DNA of 64,000 nt from Sedimenticolaceae bacterium (GCA_049669185.1 JBATKF010000505.1:6547-70546); one strand, 5' to 3'; positions 36,299 through 47,476 are shown, numbered from the stretch's first letter. Program-made: numbers and translations. Notes: generated by a model from the letters alone, not told the origin.

Positions 36299-39248
36299 AC
36301 TGGCGACACTGTTCACCACCGGTTTCGCGTACCTCGTGGTGTTGTTCCTGCTTGCCTATGCTACCGATCGCGGTCTCATCCCGGCGCGTGTCGCCTCGCA
36401 TCCGTTGACCTATACGCTGTCGATCGGCGTCTATGCAACCTCCTGGACCTACTATGGCAGCGTCGGCTTTGCCGCCCACAATGGCCTGTTGTTCCTGACG
36501 ATCTACATCGGCGCGACCCTCACCTTCGTATTGAGCCCGATCCTGCTGCGTCCGATCCTCCGTCTCAGCCGAGAGTACCAGCTGACTTCGCTGGCGGACC
36601 TGTTGGCGTTTCGCTATCGCAGCCAGGCGGCCGGAGTGCTGGTGACGCTGTTCATGTTGGTCGGTATCGTCCCCTATATCGCGCTGCAGGTTCAGGCGGT
36701 GACCGAGTCGCTGCGTGTGCTCAGCAACGAGGTGCCCTCCAACATCATCGCGCTGGTCTTCTGCGCCACCCTGATATTGTTCGGTGTGCTGTTCGGCACG
36801 CGGCATATTTCGCCCCGCGAGAAGCACCGTGGCCTTGTCGTCGCCATCGCTTTCGAATCATTGATAAAGCTGTTGGTGCTGCTGCTGATCGGCGGTTATG
36901 CGCTGTTCGGGCTGTTCGACGGGCCGCAGGGACTCGAGCAATGGCTGGACGTACACCCAGAGGCGCTCGAGGCACTCTATCGCCCTGTCAACGAGAGCCC
37001 CTGGGCCGCATTGGTCTTCCTGTCGTTCGCTGCGGCCTTCCTGCTGCCGCGCCAGTTCCACATGCTGTTTGCCGAGAACCTGGACCCACGGGGTCTGCGC
37101 ACCGCAACCTGGGCCATGCCGTTATTCCTGCTGCTGCTCAACATCTCGATTCCGGTCATCCTCTGGGCCGGGCAGCGCCTCGAACTCGGCATTAATCCCG
37201 ATTACTACTTGCTCGGCATCACGCTGAGCAACGGCCCTTCCTGGCTGTCGCTGTTGGCCTTCATCGGCGGCCTGTCGGCCGCCAGTGCAATGGTCATCGT
37301 CACCAGCATCTCGCTGGCCTCGATGAGCCTGAACCATCTGCTGCTACCCGCCAGCTATCCCGACCCGGCGATGAATCTCTACCGTTGGATACTTTGGGGG
37401 CGCCGGCTGATGATCGGCCTGATCATCATGGCCGGCTATGGCTTCTACACCGGACTGGAGCACAGCCAGGGTCTGGTCGAACTCGGCCTGATCTCATTCG
37501 TCGCCGTCGCACAGTTCCTGCCTGGTATCGCGGGGCTGCTGTATTGGCGGCGCGCGACCCGCAGCGGCTTCATCAGCGGCCTGCTCGGCGGCATCGTCGT
37601 ATGGTCGCTGCTGCTGGTGGCGCCGCTGTTGTTCCGCTCGGGAATCCTGATCACCGACCTGGGCGTGCCGGATCTGATCACCGCCAGCGGGATGAACAAA
37701 TGGGCCTTCGCGACCTTCGCGACCCTCACGGTGAACGGCGGCCTTTTCGTGTTGATCTCGCTGCTGACGCGCCAGTCACCGGGTGAGCTGGAGGCGGCGC
37801 GTGCCTGCTGCGCCGAGACCATGATGCCGCTGGCGGGTGTGGTAGCCGCCGGGTCGACCGCCGAGTTCCGCGCCGGCCTGGCCGAAACGCTGGGCCAGGA
37901 GATGGCCGATCGCGAGGTCGATCAGGCGCTCAGCGACCTTGGCCTGGGGCCCAACGAGCGCCGTACCGCCGAGCTGCGTCGCCTGCGTGAACGCATCGAG
38001 CGCAACCTCTCGGGTCTGCTCGGGCCGCAGCTCGCCCATGTGATTGTGAACCGCCGCCTCGAACTCGATCCCGTCGCCAAGATCGCGCTGGCGGATTCGA
38101 TGCGCTATGTCGAAGAGCGTCTCGAGGCCTCTCGCTCCCAGCTGCAGGGTCTCGGCGTCGAACTGGACAACCTGCGGCGCCTGCATCGACAGATCCTGCA
38201 GGACCTGCCGCTGGGTGTCTGCGCCATCGACAACCAGGGCAAGATCGTGCTGTGGAACCTCGCACTCGAAACGATGAGCGGCGTCGAGGCACAGCAGTTG
38301 ATCGGCACCGGCCTCAACGACCTGCCACGCCCCTGGGACGGCCTGCTGGGTGGGTTCGCCCGTTCCAACCAGGCCCACACCTATCGTATGGAACTGCCTG
38401 TGGCCGGCAAACCACGCTGGTACAACCTGCACAAGGCGGCCTATGCCGACCCGGTAATCGAGGGCGCCGGACCCTCCCGACCGGGCGTGGTCATGCTGGT
38501 CGAGGACCTTACCGACCTTGGCAACCTCGAGGCCGAGCTGGCGCACAGCGACCGTCTCGCCTCGGTCGGCCGGTTGGCGGCGGGGGTCGCTCACGAGATC
38601 GGCAACCCGGTCACCGGCATCGCCTCGCTGGCGCAGAACCTGCGCCACGAAGTCGACCCCGACATTGTGCGACAGAGCGTCGAGGACATCATCGACCAGA
38701 CCCGGCGCATCTCCAGCATCCTCGGCACCCTGAAGAGTTTCAGTCGCGGCAGTCGACACCTGCAGCAGCGCGAGACCTTCCCGCTGAGCGAGGCCGTGGA
38801 ACAGGCCGTTCACCTGCTACGGCTCACGCACAAACACGACGGCATCCGATTCGAGGCCAGCTGTCCCAAAGGGATCAGTATGACCGGCAACCGGCAACAG
38901 CTGTCGCAGGTGCTGGTCAATCTGCTGAGCAATGCCGCCGACGCCTCGAAACCCGGCGATCGCGTGGATCTGCTGGCGCGCGGGGGCGGTGATGAAGCGA
39001 TTATCGAGGTAATGGACCAGGGGCAAGGCATACCCGAGGAGATTCAAGAGAGCATCTTCGAGCCGTTCTACACCACCAAGCCGACCGGCCAGGGCACCGG
39101 GCTCGGCCTGTCGCTCGCATACAAGATTATCGAAGACCACAACGGCACCCTGACCATCGATTCGCAGCCCGGATTCGGCACGCGTGTGGTGGTCACCCTG
39201 CCGCTGCAGGAGAACGAAAGACCCTATGCACCAGCTGCTCATCATTGA
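36288..39248 (+). CDS. Sensor histidine kinase with N-terminal sodium:solute-symporter (SLC5) domain, PAS, HisKA and HATPase (CbrA/CrbS-like, non-hybrid)
   Basis: 986 aa. About 500 aa of multi-TM SSS-like domain are followed by a PAS domain (ILQDLPLGVCAIDNQGKIVLWN), an H-box (GVAHEIGNPVTGI), an N-box (NLLSNAADA) and G-boxes (DQGQGIP, GTGLGLS). Confidence 0.9.
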   Translation: MGHELATLFTTGFAYLVVLFLLAYATDRGLIPARVASHPLTYTLSIGVYATSWTYYGSVGFAAHNGLLFLTIYIGATLTFVLSPILLRPILRLSREYQLTSLADLLAFRYRSQAAGVLVTLFMLVGIVPYIALQVQAVTESLRVLSNEVPSNIIALVFCATLILFGVLFGTRHISPREKHRGLVVAIAFESLIKLLVLLLIGGYALFGLFDGPQGLEQWLDVHPEALEALYRPVNESPWAALVFLSFAAAFLLPRQFHMLFAENLDPRGLRTATWAMPLFLLLLNISIPVILWAGQRLELGINPDYYLLGITLSNGPSWLSLLAFIGGLSAASAMVIVTSISLASMSLNHLLLPASYPDPAMNLYRWILWGRRLMIGLIIMAGYGFYTGLEHSQGLVELGLISFVAVAQFLPGIAGLLYWRRATRSGFISGLLGGIVVWSLLLVAPLLFRSGILITDLGVPDLITASGMNKWAFATFATLTVNGGLFVLISLLTRQSPGELEAARACCAETMMPLAGVVAAGSTAEFRAGLAETLGQEMADREVDQALSDLGLGPNERRTAELRRLRERIERNLSGLLGPQLAHVIVNRRLELDPVAKIALADSMRYVEERLEASRSQLQGLGVELDNLRRLHRQILQDLPLGVCAIDNQGKIVLWNLALETMSGVEAQQLIGTGLNDLPRPWDGLLGGFARSNQAHTYRMELPVAGKPRWYNLHKAAYADPVIEGAGPSRPGVVMLVEDLTDLGNLEAELAHSDRLASVGRLAAGVAHEIGNPVTGIASLAQNLRHEVDPDIVRQSVEDIIDQTRRISSILGTLKSFSRGSRHLQQRETFPLSEAVEQAVHLLRLTHKHDGIRFEASCPKGISMTGNRQQLSQVLVNLLSNAADASKPGDRVDLLARGGGDEAIIEVMDQGQGIPEEIQESIFEPFYTTKPTGQGTGLGLSLAYKIIEDHNGTLTIDSQPGFGTRVVVTLPLQENERPYAPAAHH

Positions 39249-40551
39249 AGACGAACCCGTCATCCGCGGCGCCCTGCGACGACTGCTGGAGCGCCACGGC
39301 CATCAGGTCAGCGAGGCGGAGTCGGTGGAGGCGGCCAGTACCGGCGATCGGCTCTCGAGCTATGACCTGATCATCACGGACTTGCGCCTGCCCGGCGAGC
39401 CCGGCAGCACCATATTGCAGCTCGCCCCCGAGGTACCGGTGATCATCATGACCAGCTACGCCAGCGTGGCCTCTGCGGTGGAGGCCATGAAGGGCGGCGC
39501 CGCAGACTACATCGCGAAACCCTTCGACCATGACGAACTCGTGATGCTGGTCGACAAGGTACTGCGCGAGAAACAGAAGGAACGCCGCGCCGCTGCACTG
39601 CAGACCGATGTCGACCAGGCCTACCCGGTGGCCGGCATGATCGGCAAGAGTGCCGCGATGAGCGAAGTGTGTAACCGTATTCACAAGGTCGCGCCCACCG
39701 AAGCGACGGTGCTGATCACTGGCGAATCGGGAACCGGCAAGGAGCTGGTCGCGCGTGCACTGCACAAACACAGCAAGCGCTGCGATGCCCCCTTCGTCGC
39801 CTTCAACTGTGCCGCGGTCCCTGAACAATCGATCGAGGCCGAGCTTTTCGGCCAGCACCAATCGGAGCGCTTCCGCCCGGGGCTGATGCAGATTGCCGAG
39901 GGCGGCACGCTGTTCATGGACGAGATCGGCGAACTGCCGATGGCCGCGCAGGCCCGTTTGTTGCGCATCCTACAGGGCGGTGAGCATGACGCCGACGATG
40001 GCGGCAGCGGCCGGGCGCCCAATGTACGCATCCTCGCTGCGACGCATCGCGACTTGCGCAAACTGGTCCAGCAAAACGCGTTTCGCAGTGATCTTTACTT
40101 CCGTCTGCGCGTGGTCGAACTGGCCCTGCCACCGTTGCGCGAGCGCGGCGACGACGTTATCGAATTGGCGGTGTTCCTGCTCGACAAGGCACGCAAACAA
40201 CTCGGCCGCCCGCCCCTGACGCTGGGTCGCGAGGCCCTCGAGGCGATTCGTCGCTACCACTGGCCGGGCAATGTTCGCGAGCTGTCGAACGCCATCGAGC
40301 GCGCGGTGATTCTATGCGAGGGAGACATCATCAACCCCGATCTGCTCGCGATCGATCACCGCGTAACCGGTGCCGGCACCGCTGCCGATCTGACCGACAA
40401 GCTGTCGCTGGAGGAATACTTCCGGGTCTTCGTGCTCGAGCATCAGGAACGCATGACCGAGACCCAGTTGGCGCACGCACTCGGCATCAGCCGCAAGACG
40501 CTTTGGGAACGTCGCCAGCGCTTCGGTCTGCCTCGCACCAAGAAACGCTAG
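39226..40551 (+). CDS. NtrC-family response regulator (REC, AAA+, HTH) lacking the GAFTGA motif
   Basis: The start was moved to MHQLLIIEDEP, overlapping the kinase by 23 nt. REC Asp is in DLIITDLRLPG, Walker A is GESGTGKE, Walker B is LFMDEIGE, and PPLRERGDD and WPGNVREL are present. The ELFG...GGTLF segment is short and has no GAFTGA. Confidence 0.9.
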   Translation: MHQLLIIEDEPVIRGALRRLLERHGHQVSEAESVEAASTGDRLSSYDLIITDLRLPGEPGSTILQLAPEVPVIIMTSYASVASAVEAMKGGAADYIAKPFDHDELVMLVDKVLREKQKERRAAALQTDVDQAYPVAGMIGKSAAMSEVCNRIHKVAPTEATVLITGESGTGKELVARALHKHSKRCDAPFVAFNCAAVPEQSIEAELFGQHQSERFRPGLMQIAEGGTLFMDEIGELPMAAQARLLRILQGGEHDADDGGSGRAPNVRILAATHRDLRKLVQQNAFRSDLYFRLRVVELALPPLRERGDDVIELAVFLLDKARKQLGRPPLTLGREALEAIRRYHWPGNVRELSNAIERAVILCEGDIINPDLLAIDHRVTGAGTAADLTDKLSLEEYFRVFVLEHQERMTETQLAHALGISRKTLWERRQRFGLPRTKKR

Positions 40552-40602
40552 CCCGCTTGTCTCACCAGCTTCCTACTGCGGACGCCGTTATGCTGGCTTT
40601 GT
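40548..40602 (+). pseudogene. Orphan remnant of the 5' coding end of a paralogue of the GGDEF-EAL gene at 54544
   Basis: 41 of 50 nt are identical to 54551-54600. The remnant translates to LARLSHQLPTADAVMLAL* versus (MP)LARLFHQLPAVVAVMLAI. It has no start codon and begins at the response-regulator stop codon. Confidence 0.55.
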
Positions 40603-40615
40603 GAGACACGCGGGC
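40551..40615 (+). terminator. Long imperfect hairpin directly after the response-regulator stop
   Basis: GCCCGCTTGTCTCAC pairs with GTGAGACACGCGGGC at 14 of 15 positions, and an inner CAGC/GCTG stem also forms. No U-tract follows. Confidence 0.4.
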
Positions 40616-40673
40616 TGAATCTGCGCGTCGACCTGTCCAAGAATTTCGTTTTGTTTACCGTTGGAAACAACGG

Positions 40674-40690
40674 CGTTACTAAACGTAACG
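40674..40690. promoter_or_regulatory. Palindrome CGTTAC-N5-GTAACG upstream of the DUF4212/SSS operon
   Basis: Same GTTAC-N5-GTAAC core as at 36061-36075. It is immediately preceded by a CCGTTG-GAAA-CAACGG hairpin (40658-40673), and an extra TGTTAC half-site is at 40706-40711. Confidence 0.4.
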
Positions 40691-41026
40691 TTCGTCTGCA
40701 TTTTGTGTTACAAAATTACCCCAATTAGCATGGGCAAGGGGGCCTCCCGAAGGCAATAAGTCCCTGATTCCTTTTGACAATTATCGATCCTGCCCGAAAC
40801 AATCACCCTCCTGGCAGCCTGGCTCGAGAATCAGGCAACAACCCGGTGTCGCAGACCGAAAACCTTAAATCAAATGCGGAAGACCCGCGCATAGACAGCA
40901 GCCGCGCCGAAAGTCGTAACCACGACGCCTGCACCAGGCTGGAAAGCCGACGGAATGCGACGATGCCAGGACCGGGCCTGTCGGAAAATCAAGAGAACTA
41001 AATCGCAACCGCGGAGTGATCGAGTT

Positions 41027-41281
41027 ATGGATACAAAAGCTGCGCAGTACTGGTCAGCGAACATTCGCATTGTCACTGTCCTGCTGGTGATCTGGTTTGT
41101 CGTCTCGTACGGCTTCGGGATCATCCTTGCCGAACCCCTCAACGCCATTCGTATCGGCGGTGTCGGGCTGGGCTTCTGGTTTGCTCAACAGGGGTCGATC
41201 TATGTCTTCATCGTCCTGATCTTCTTTTACGCTGCCCGAATGAACGCGCTTGATCGCGAGTTCGACGTGCACGAAGACTAA
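41027..41281 (+). CDS. DUF4212 small membrane subunit of solute:sodium symporter
   Basis: The start was moved to MDTKAAQYWSANIRIVTVLLVIWFVVSYGFGI. 84 aa with 2 TM, directly upstream of the SSS permease as is typical for this pair. Confidence 0.85.
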   Translation: MDTKAAQYWSANIRIVTVLLVIWFVVSYGFGIILAEPLNAIRIGGVGLGFWFAQQGSIYVFIVLIFFYAARMNALDREFDVHED

Positions 41282-41293
41282 GAGGCAAGTTAA

Positions 41294-43084
<1,791 letters not shown>

Positions 43085-43111
43085 TAAGAATCCCTGTTAG
43101 TTCGGAATTGA

Positions 43112-43136
43112 CCCCGCCCTCCGGCGGGGTTTTTTA
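43112..43136 (+). terminator. Intrinsic terminator after the SSS gene
   Basis: CCCCGCC-CTCC-GGCGGGG followed by TTTTTT, 28 nt after the stop. Confidence 0.85.
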
Positions 43137-43238
43137 TTGCAGGTGGGGGCATGCCCGAAACCAATCCGTCAGGATGCCCTAGTCCGCTTTTGCTAAGCTC
43201 GTGCCCGGGCCAAACGCCACTGTTCAGGAATTCGGAAG

Positions 43239-45095
43239 ATGGAAGTCGAACTCGTTGAGATCCGCCAGTTTCTCGAACAACGCAATCCATTCAGCTACCT
43301 CGACAAGCAGACACTCGACGAGTTGCCGCAGGACATCGAGATCCGCTACCTGCGTCGCAGCGGGAGCTTTCCGCCTGCCGAGGGGTTTCTCTATATCGTG
43401 CGCAGCGGTGCGATAAAGATCTGCGACAAGTCTGGCGAACTGTGCGAAAAACTGGGGGAAGGCGACCTGTATAGCGTGACCTGCGAGCTGGTCGACTTTA
43501 CTGAATGCAATCGCGGCGAGGCCCTCGAAGACAGCCTGCTCTACATGCTGAGCTGCGAACGGCTAAAAGCCTTGTGTCGCAGCTCCAAGACCTTCAGCGA
43601 GCATTTCTCAGCGACCGTAAAGGAGCGGCTGAAGACCGCCGTAAACGCCATACAGGGCTCGCATGACCCAACGGTTGCCGCGATGATGGTCGAGGTCGCC
43701 AGCCTCGTGCGCAGATCGCCGATCACCATCGATTCCGGCATGAGCATCCGCGAGACCGCAGCGATGATGAGCAACAAAGACGTGTCGTCGGTGATGGTCA
43801 TGCAGGGCGAGAAACTTGTCGGGCTGGTAACCGACCGCGACCTGCGTAGACGGTGCGTGGCCATCGGCCTGAGCGGCGCTGAGCCGATCGATCAGATCAT
43901 GACCCCCGACCCGGTCGTCATCGAGGGGAGCACGCTGACGGCGCAGGCCTTGATGACTATGACCCGCAAACGCTTTCATCATCTGCCGGTTACTCGCGAC
44001 GGCAAGCTCATCGGCATGATCACGGCCACTGACCTGGCCAATCATCAGAGTGCGAACTCGGCCTACCTCGCAGTCGACGTGCGCAAGGCCAAGACCGTGG
44101 CTGACCTGATTGAGGTCAGCACGCGCCTGCCCAGTCTGCATCTGCGCCTCGCCAATGCCAGCGCTACCGCGCGCCATATCGGCGAGGCGGTGTCCTGTTT
44201 GACGGATTCGATCACCGGCCGCCTGCTGCAGATGGCAGAAGCGTCCCTCGGACCGCCGCCGGTCCCCTATGTGTGGTTGGCCGGTGGATCGCAGGCCCGT
44301 CGTGAGCAGAGTTCTCATTCCGATCAAGACAACGCGCTGCTGTTATCGGATGATTTCCGGCCCGAGCACGACGAATACTTCGCCGCGCTGGCCAAATTCG
44401 TCAGCGATGGCCTCGACGCGTGTGGCTTTGTGTATTGCCCGGGCGATGCCATGGCGACCAACAAGCAGTGGCGCCAGCCTCTGCGGGTATGGCAGGGCTA
44501 TTTCAGCGGCTGGATAGAGCGCCCCGACCCGATGTCAATGATGCTCTCCAGCATTTTTTTCGATCTGCGTCCGGTCACGGGCAGCCTCGAGCTGTTCACC
44601 CCCTTGCAGACCATGATCCTCGAAAAGTCGCAGCAGAATCGCATCTTTCTCGCCCATATGATGGCCAATGCAATGCAGCACCGCCCGCCGCTGGGTTTCT
44701 TTCGTCAGTTTGTGCTGGAACGCGGCGGCGAACACGACGAGACCCTGGACCTCAAGCATCGCGGCATCGTACCGATCACGGACATTGCGAGGCTGCTGGC
44801 CCTGTCTCTCGGCAACGCGCAGGTCAACACCGGCGATCGCCTACGCGCCTGTGCCGGTACCCCGGCGCTGTCGACAGACATGGCCGAAAATCTCGAGGAT
44901 GCGTTGGAATTCATTGCGTCGCTGCGTATCCAGCACCAGGCAAATCAGATCCGGCGTGGCGTAAAGGCCGATAACTATGTGCCGCCGGACCAGCTCTCCG
45001 AACTCCAACGCGAACACCTGAAGCATGCGTTCAAGGTCATCCAGTTGATGCAAGAGACCATGTCCAAGCGATTCGGTGCGGACAAGCTGGGATGA
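43239..45095 (+). CDS. cNMP-binding, CBS-pair and DUF294 putative nucleotidyltransferase protein
   Basis: 618 aa. An N-terminal cyclic-nucleotide-binding-like domain is followed by two CBS motifs (MSIRETAAMMSNKDVSSVMVM..., ...HHLPVTRDGKLIGMITATDL) and a DUF294-like nucleotidyltransferase with a C-terminal helical domain. Confidence 0.82.
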   Translation: MEVELVEIRQFLEQRNPFSYLDKQTLDELPQDIEIRYLRRSGSFPPAEGFLYIVRSGAIKICDKSGELCEKLGEGDLYSVTCELVDFTECNRGEALEDSLLYMLSCERLKALCRSSKTFSEHFSATVKERLKTAVNAIQGSHDPTVAAMMVEVASLVRRSPITIDSGMSIRETAAMMSNKDVSSVMVMQGEKLVGLVTDRDLRRRCVAIGLSGAEPIDQIMTPDPVVIEGSTLTAQALMTMTRKRFHHLPVTRDGKLIGMITATDLANHQSANSAYLAVDVRKAKTVADLIEVSTRLPSLHLRLANASATARHIGEAVSCLTDSITGRLLQMAEASLGPPPVPYVWLAGGSQARREQSSHSDQDNALLLSDDFRPEHDEYFAALAKFVSDGLDACGFVYCPGDAMATNKQWRQPLRVWQGYFSGWIERPDPMSMMLSSIFFDLRPVTGSLELFTPLQTMILEKSQQNRIFLAHMMANAMQHRPPLGFFRQFVLERGGEHDETLDLKHRGIVPITDIARLLALSLGNAQVNTGDRLRACAGTPALSTDMAENLEDALEFIASLRIQHQANQIRRGVKADNYVPPDQLSELQREHLKHAFKVIQLMQETMSKRFGADKLG

Positions 45096-45793
45096 TCCCA
45101 ATGCTGGCGCGCTTGCTGGGCAAGGAATATCAGCGCAAACGGGCGCTGGCGCAGGCAGCGCCGGGGCCCCTCGCCGATTACCTGGCCACGCCCTTCCCCG
45201 ACAAGCGGAGCGATTGCCGCGAGTTGGAGATTGTCGCGATCGATCTGGAGACGACCGGTCTGGACCCGAGCAAGGACGACATCCTGAGTATCGGTCTGGT
45301 GCATATCGATCACTTCGCGGTCAAGCTATCCACCGCCTGGCACAGCATCGTGCGCATCGATCGCGAGATCCCTGGGGAATCGGCAGTCATCCACCACATC
45401 ACCGACGACAGGTCGGCGGCCGGCGCGCCGATCGATGCGCTGCTGCCCGAGCTGTTGCGTCGCCTGGCCGGCAGGCCCATGGTGGTGCATTATTCGCCGA
45501 TCGAACAGAACTTCATCAGCGCCAGCTGCCAACGGCTGTACGGGGCGCCTTTCGTGGGGCCGATCATCGACACGCTGGAGATCGGTCAACGGGTGTTCGA
45601 GCGGCGCAATCACCTGATCCAGCCGGGAGACCTGCGCCTGTTCAACTTGCGCCCGCGCTACAACCTGCCGCAGTACAAGGCGCACAATGCGCTGAGCGAT
45701 GCCCTGGCCACCGCGGAACTCTTCCTGGCGATGGCCGACAATCTCTGCCCGGAACGCCCGTGCCCGCTGGGCCAGTTCCTGAGCAACCGTTGA
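45092..45793 (+). CDS. DnaQ-like 3'-5' exonuclease (DEDDh)
   Basis: 233 aa with an ATGA overlap with the upstream gene. Exo I is AIDLETTG and Exo III is HNALSDALATAELF. Exo II (VVHYSPIEQNF) has E where D is usual. Confidence 0.82.
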   Translation: MIPMLARLLGKEYQRKRALAQAAPGPLADYLATPFPDKRSDCRELEIVAIDLETTGLDPSKDDILSIGLVHIDHFAVKLSTAWHSIVRIDREIPGESAVIHHITDDRSAAGAPIDALLPELLRRLAGRPMVVHYSPIEQNFISASCQRLYGAPFVGPIIDTLEIGQRVFERRNHLIQPGDLRLFNLRPRYNLPQYKAHNALSDALATAELFLAMADNLCPERPCPLGQFLSNR

Positions 45794-45807
45794 CGAGCCC
45801 GAATCCG

Positions 45808-46365
45808 ATGGCCGAGAAGACACCTAATCTGCACAAGACACTGTTGATCCTGATCGTGGTCTTCCTGCCCCCGTTTTGGCTGATTTTCACCGATGAGGGA
45901 TCGCGAGTCGCGGACACGACCCTGCTCTGGCTGCTGGGGGAAAAGGACATCAAGGTGGACCTGCACAAACTCGACAGCCGCTTTTCCGAGGAAGATATCC
46001 GGAAGGTCTATAGCGAGAACGAATGGCAGTGTGGAGCGCAGTCCACTCCCTTCGGCGACCAGCTGTGTGCGGCCCGGATCGGGACCTTTAATGGCTATCC
46101 CTCACAGGCCATTACCTTCTACTTCAAAGAGGGCCGGGTCAGTGCCCTCAAATTGATCTATCGCGATCAGTACCATCAGCAGATCCTGGGCTTCAACATC
46201 GCGCAGTTCGGACAGCCGAGCAATGTGGCGGCGGCCATCGCCGATGGCCCGGACGCCGACGAGGTGCTGGAATGGAACCTCGAACACGGCGTAATGGTGA
46301 TGAAAAAGACGCTGGGCAAAAGCGATGAGCCCGCCCTGCTTTGGATGGCATCCGGCGATTCATGA
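45808..46365 (+). CDS. Hypothetical membrane-anchored protein
   Basis: 185 aa from ATG 45808, with an N-terminal TM (TLLILIVVFLPPFWLIF). The 429-aa ORF-track frame upstream of this Met is Arg/Gly/Pro-rich junk overlapping the exonuclease gene. Confidence 0.62.
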   Translation: MAEKTPNLHKTLLILIVVFLPPFWLIFTDEGSRVADTTLLWLLGEKDIKVDLHKLDSRFSEEDIRKVYSENEWQCGAQSTPFGDQLCAARIGTFNGYPSQAITFYFKEGRVSALKLIYRDQYHQQILGFNIAQFGQPSNVAAAIADGPDADEVLEWNLEHGVMVMKKTLGKSDEPALLWMASGDS

Positions 46366-46443
46366 TTTCTGGCGGTTTGCCCTGGAGATTCCCGGTCCTT
46401 TGAGGGGCTTCTCCGTCGCCAGGGCCATCGATACTCTCGCGAC

Positions 46444-46701
46444 ATGAAAATCAAGCGGAGCGCGAAAACCATGCGTCAGACCACACTCGACCCGATCTCT
46501 CTCGAAGACGTCACCAATCTCGAGCAGGCCCCGTTTGTCGTAGAGGGCGAAGGGGACAACGCCATAAAAATCTACTTTCAATCCGAAGACAACAAGCGGG
46601 AATATCTCGCACTCGAGGTCCACGGCTCGAACAACAGCGCCGGCTTGAAGAAGATTTTCGACGACGCCGCTGAGAGCCCGATCACCGGCACGATCAACTG
46701 A
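46444..46701 (+). CDS. Small hypothetical protein
   Basis: 85 aa; an alternative ATG at 46471 is preceded by GGAG. The composition is balanced (…LEDVTNLEQAPFVVEGEGDNAIKIYFQSEDNKREYLALEV…). It overlaps the convergent NUDIX gene by 8 nt. Confidence 0.5.
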   Translation: MKIKRSAKTMRQTTLDPISLEDVTNLEQAPFVVEGEGDNAIKIYFQSEDNKREYLALEVHGSNNSAGLKKIFDDAAESPITGTIN

Positions 46702-47266
46702 TCTTGCGGACCAGATAGCGTCCGGGCAGGCCACCCTCGCGCACGATATCCAGCATGCGTACCGGGAACGTGCCCTGCGAACGGTCCGCGAAATAGAGCT
46801 TGAGCGCCTCGGAGACAGTCGGAAAGGCCATGTGGTCCCAAGGAATTTCCGGCTCCGCCAGCAGTTCCACTGCGAGGCTTTCCTCTCCCGGAGAGAAGTC
46901 GAGATCGAGCAGGCGTCCGCGAAACAGCATATACACTTGGTTGATGTGCGGCAGGTTGACGGTCACATAGAGGTCATCGACCGCAACGCGCGCGTTGGCC
47001 TCTTCTAGCGTTTCCCGGATCGCGCCCTCATAGGTCGTCTCTCCGTTCTCCATGAACCCGGCCGGCACTGTCCAGAGGCCGAGACGCGGCTCGATGGCAC
47101 GCCGGCATAGCAGCACCTTGTCTTCCCAATGCGCAATGCAACCGGCTACGACCTTCGGGTTCTGGTAGTGAACAGTGCCGCATTTATCACACAGATGGCG
47201 CGGGCGATTGTCTCCATCCGGGACACCGACGCGCACCTCGCTGCCGCAGACACTGCAATACTTCAT
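46694..47266 (-). CDS. NUDIX hydrolase with N-terminal zinc ribbon
   Basis: 190 aa with a CSVCGS...CDKCG zinc ribbon and the Nudix box GFMENGETTYEGAIRETLEEANA. Confidence 0.85.
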   Translation of the reverse strand: MKYCSVCGSEVRVGVPDGDNRPRHLCDKCGTVHYQNPKVVAGCIAHWEDKVLLCRRAIEPRLGLWTVPAGFMENGETTYEGAIRETLEEANARVAVDDLYVTVNLPHINQVYMLFRGRLLDLDFSPGEESLAVELLAEPEIPWDHMAFPTVSEALKLYFADRSQGTFPVRMLDIVREGGLPGRYLVRKIS

Positions 47267-47476
47267 CGTTCATCCATCGGGGTTTTGCGCATGATACCAG
47301 CCCCGATCCGCAGACCACCGCCCGTCCAGCGCGGCGGCACCCCGCCTGGGGTGAACCGTGACGGCAAGCATAAAGGCGTCCGCAGTAGGAAGCTGGTGGC
47401 ATAGGCGGGCTACCTCTCCTGGTCAGCTGAGGAAGCGCCGGTTAGCATTGCCGCAACCTCAGAGAGCTGCGAGCGC

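Noticed and set aside
40740-40830. Sigma-54 promoter for the DUF4212/SSS operon (for example CTGGCAGCCTGGCTCGAG, GGGCCTCCCGAAGGCA)
   Set aside because: The GG and GC dinucleotides are out of register by 1-2 nt, or the -24 and -12 boxes match poorly.
40552-41026. CrcZ-like Hfq/Crc-sequestering sRNA downstream of the CbrB-like regulator
   Set aside because: Only four AANAAN hexamers are present and none is a full AANAANAA motif. No sigma-54 promoter was found when I scanned every GG...GC pair at the 12-nt register. The regulator itself lacks GAFTGA. The region is kept only as a structured leader.
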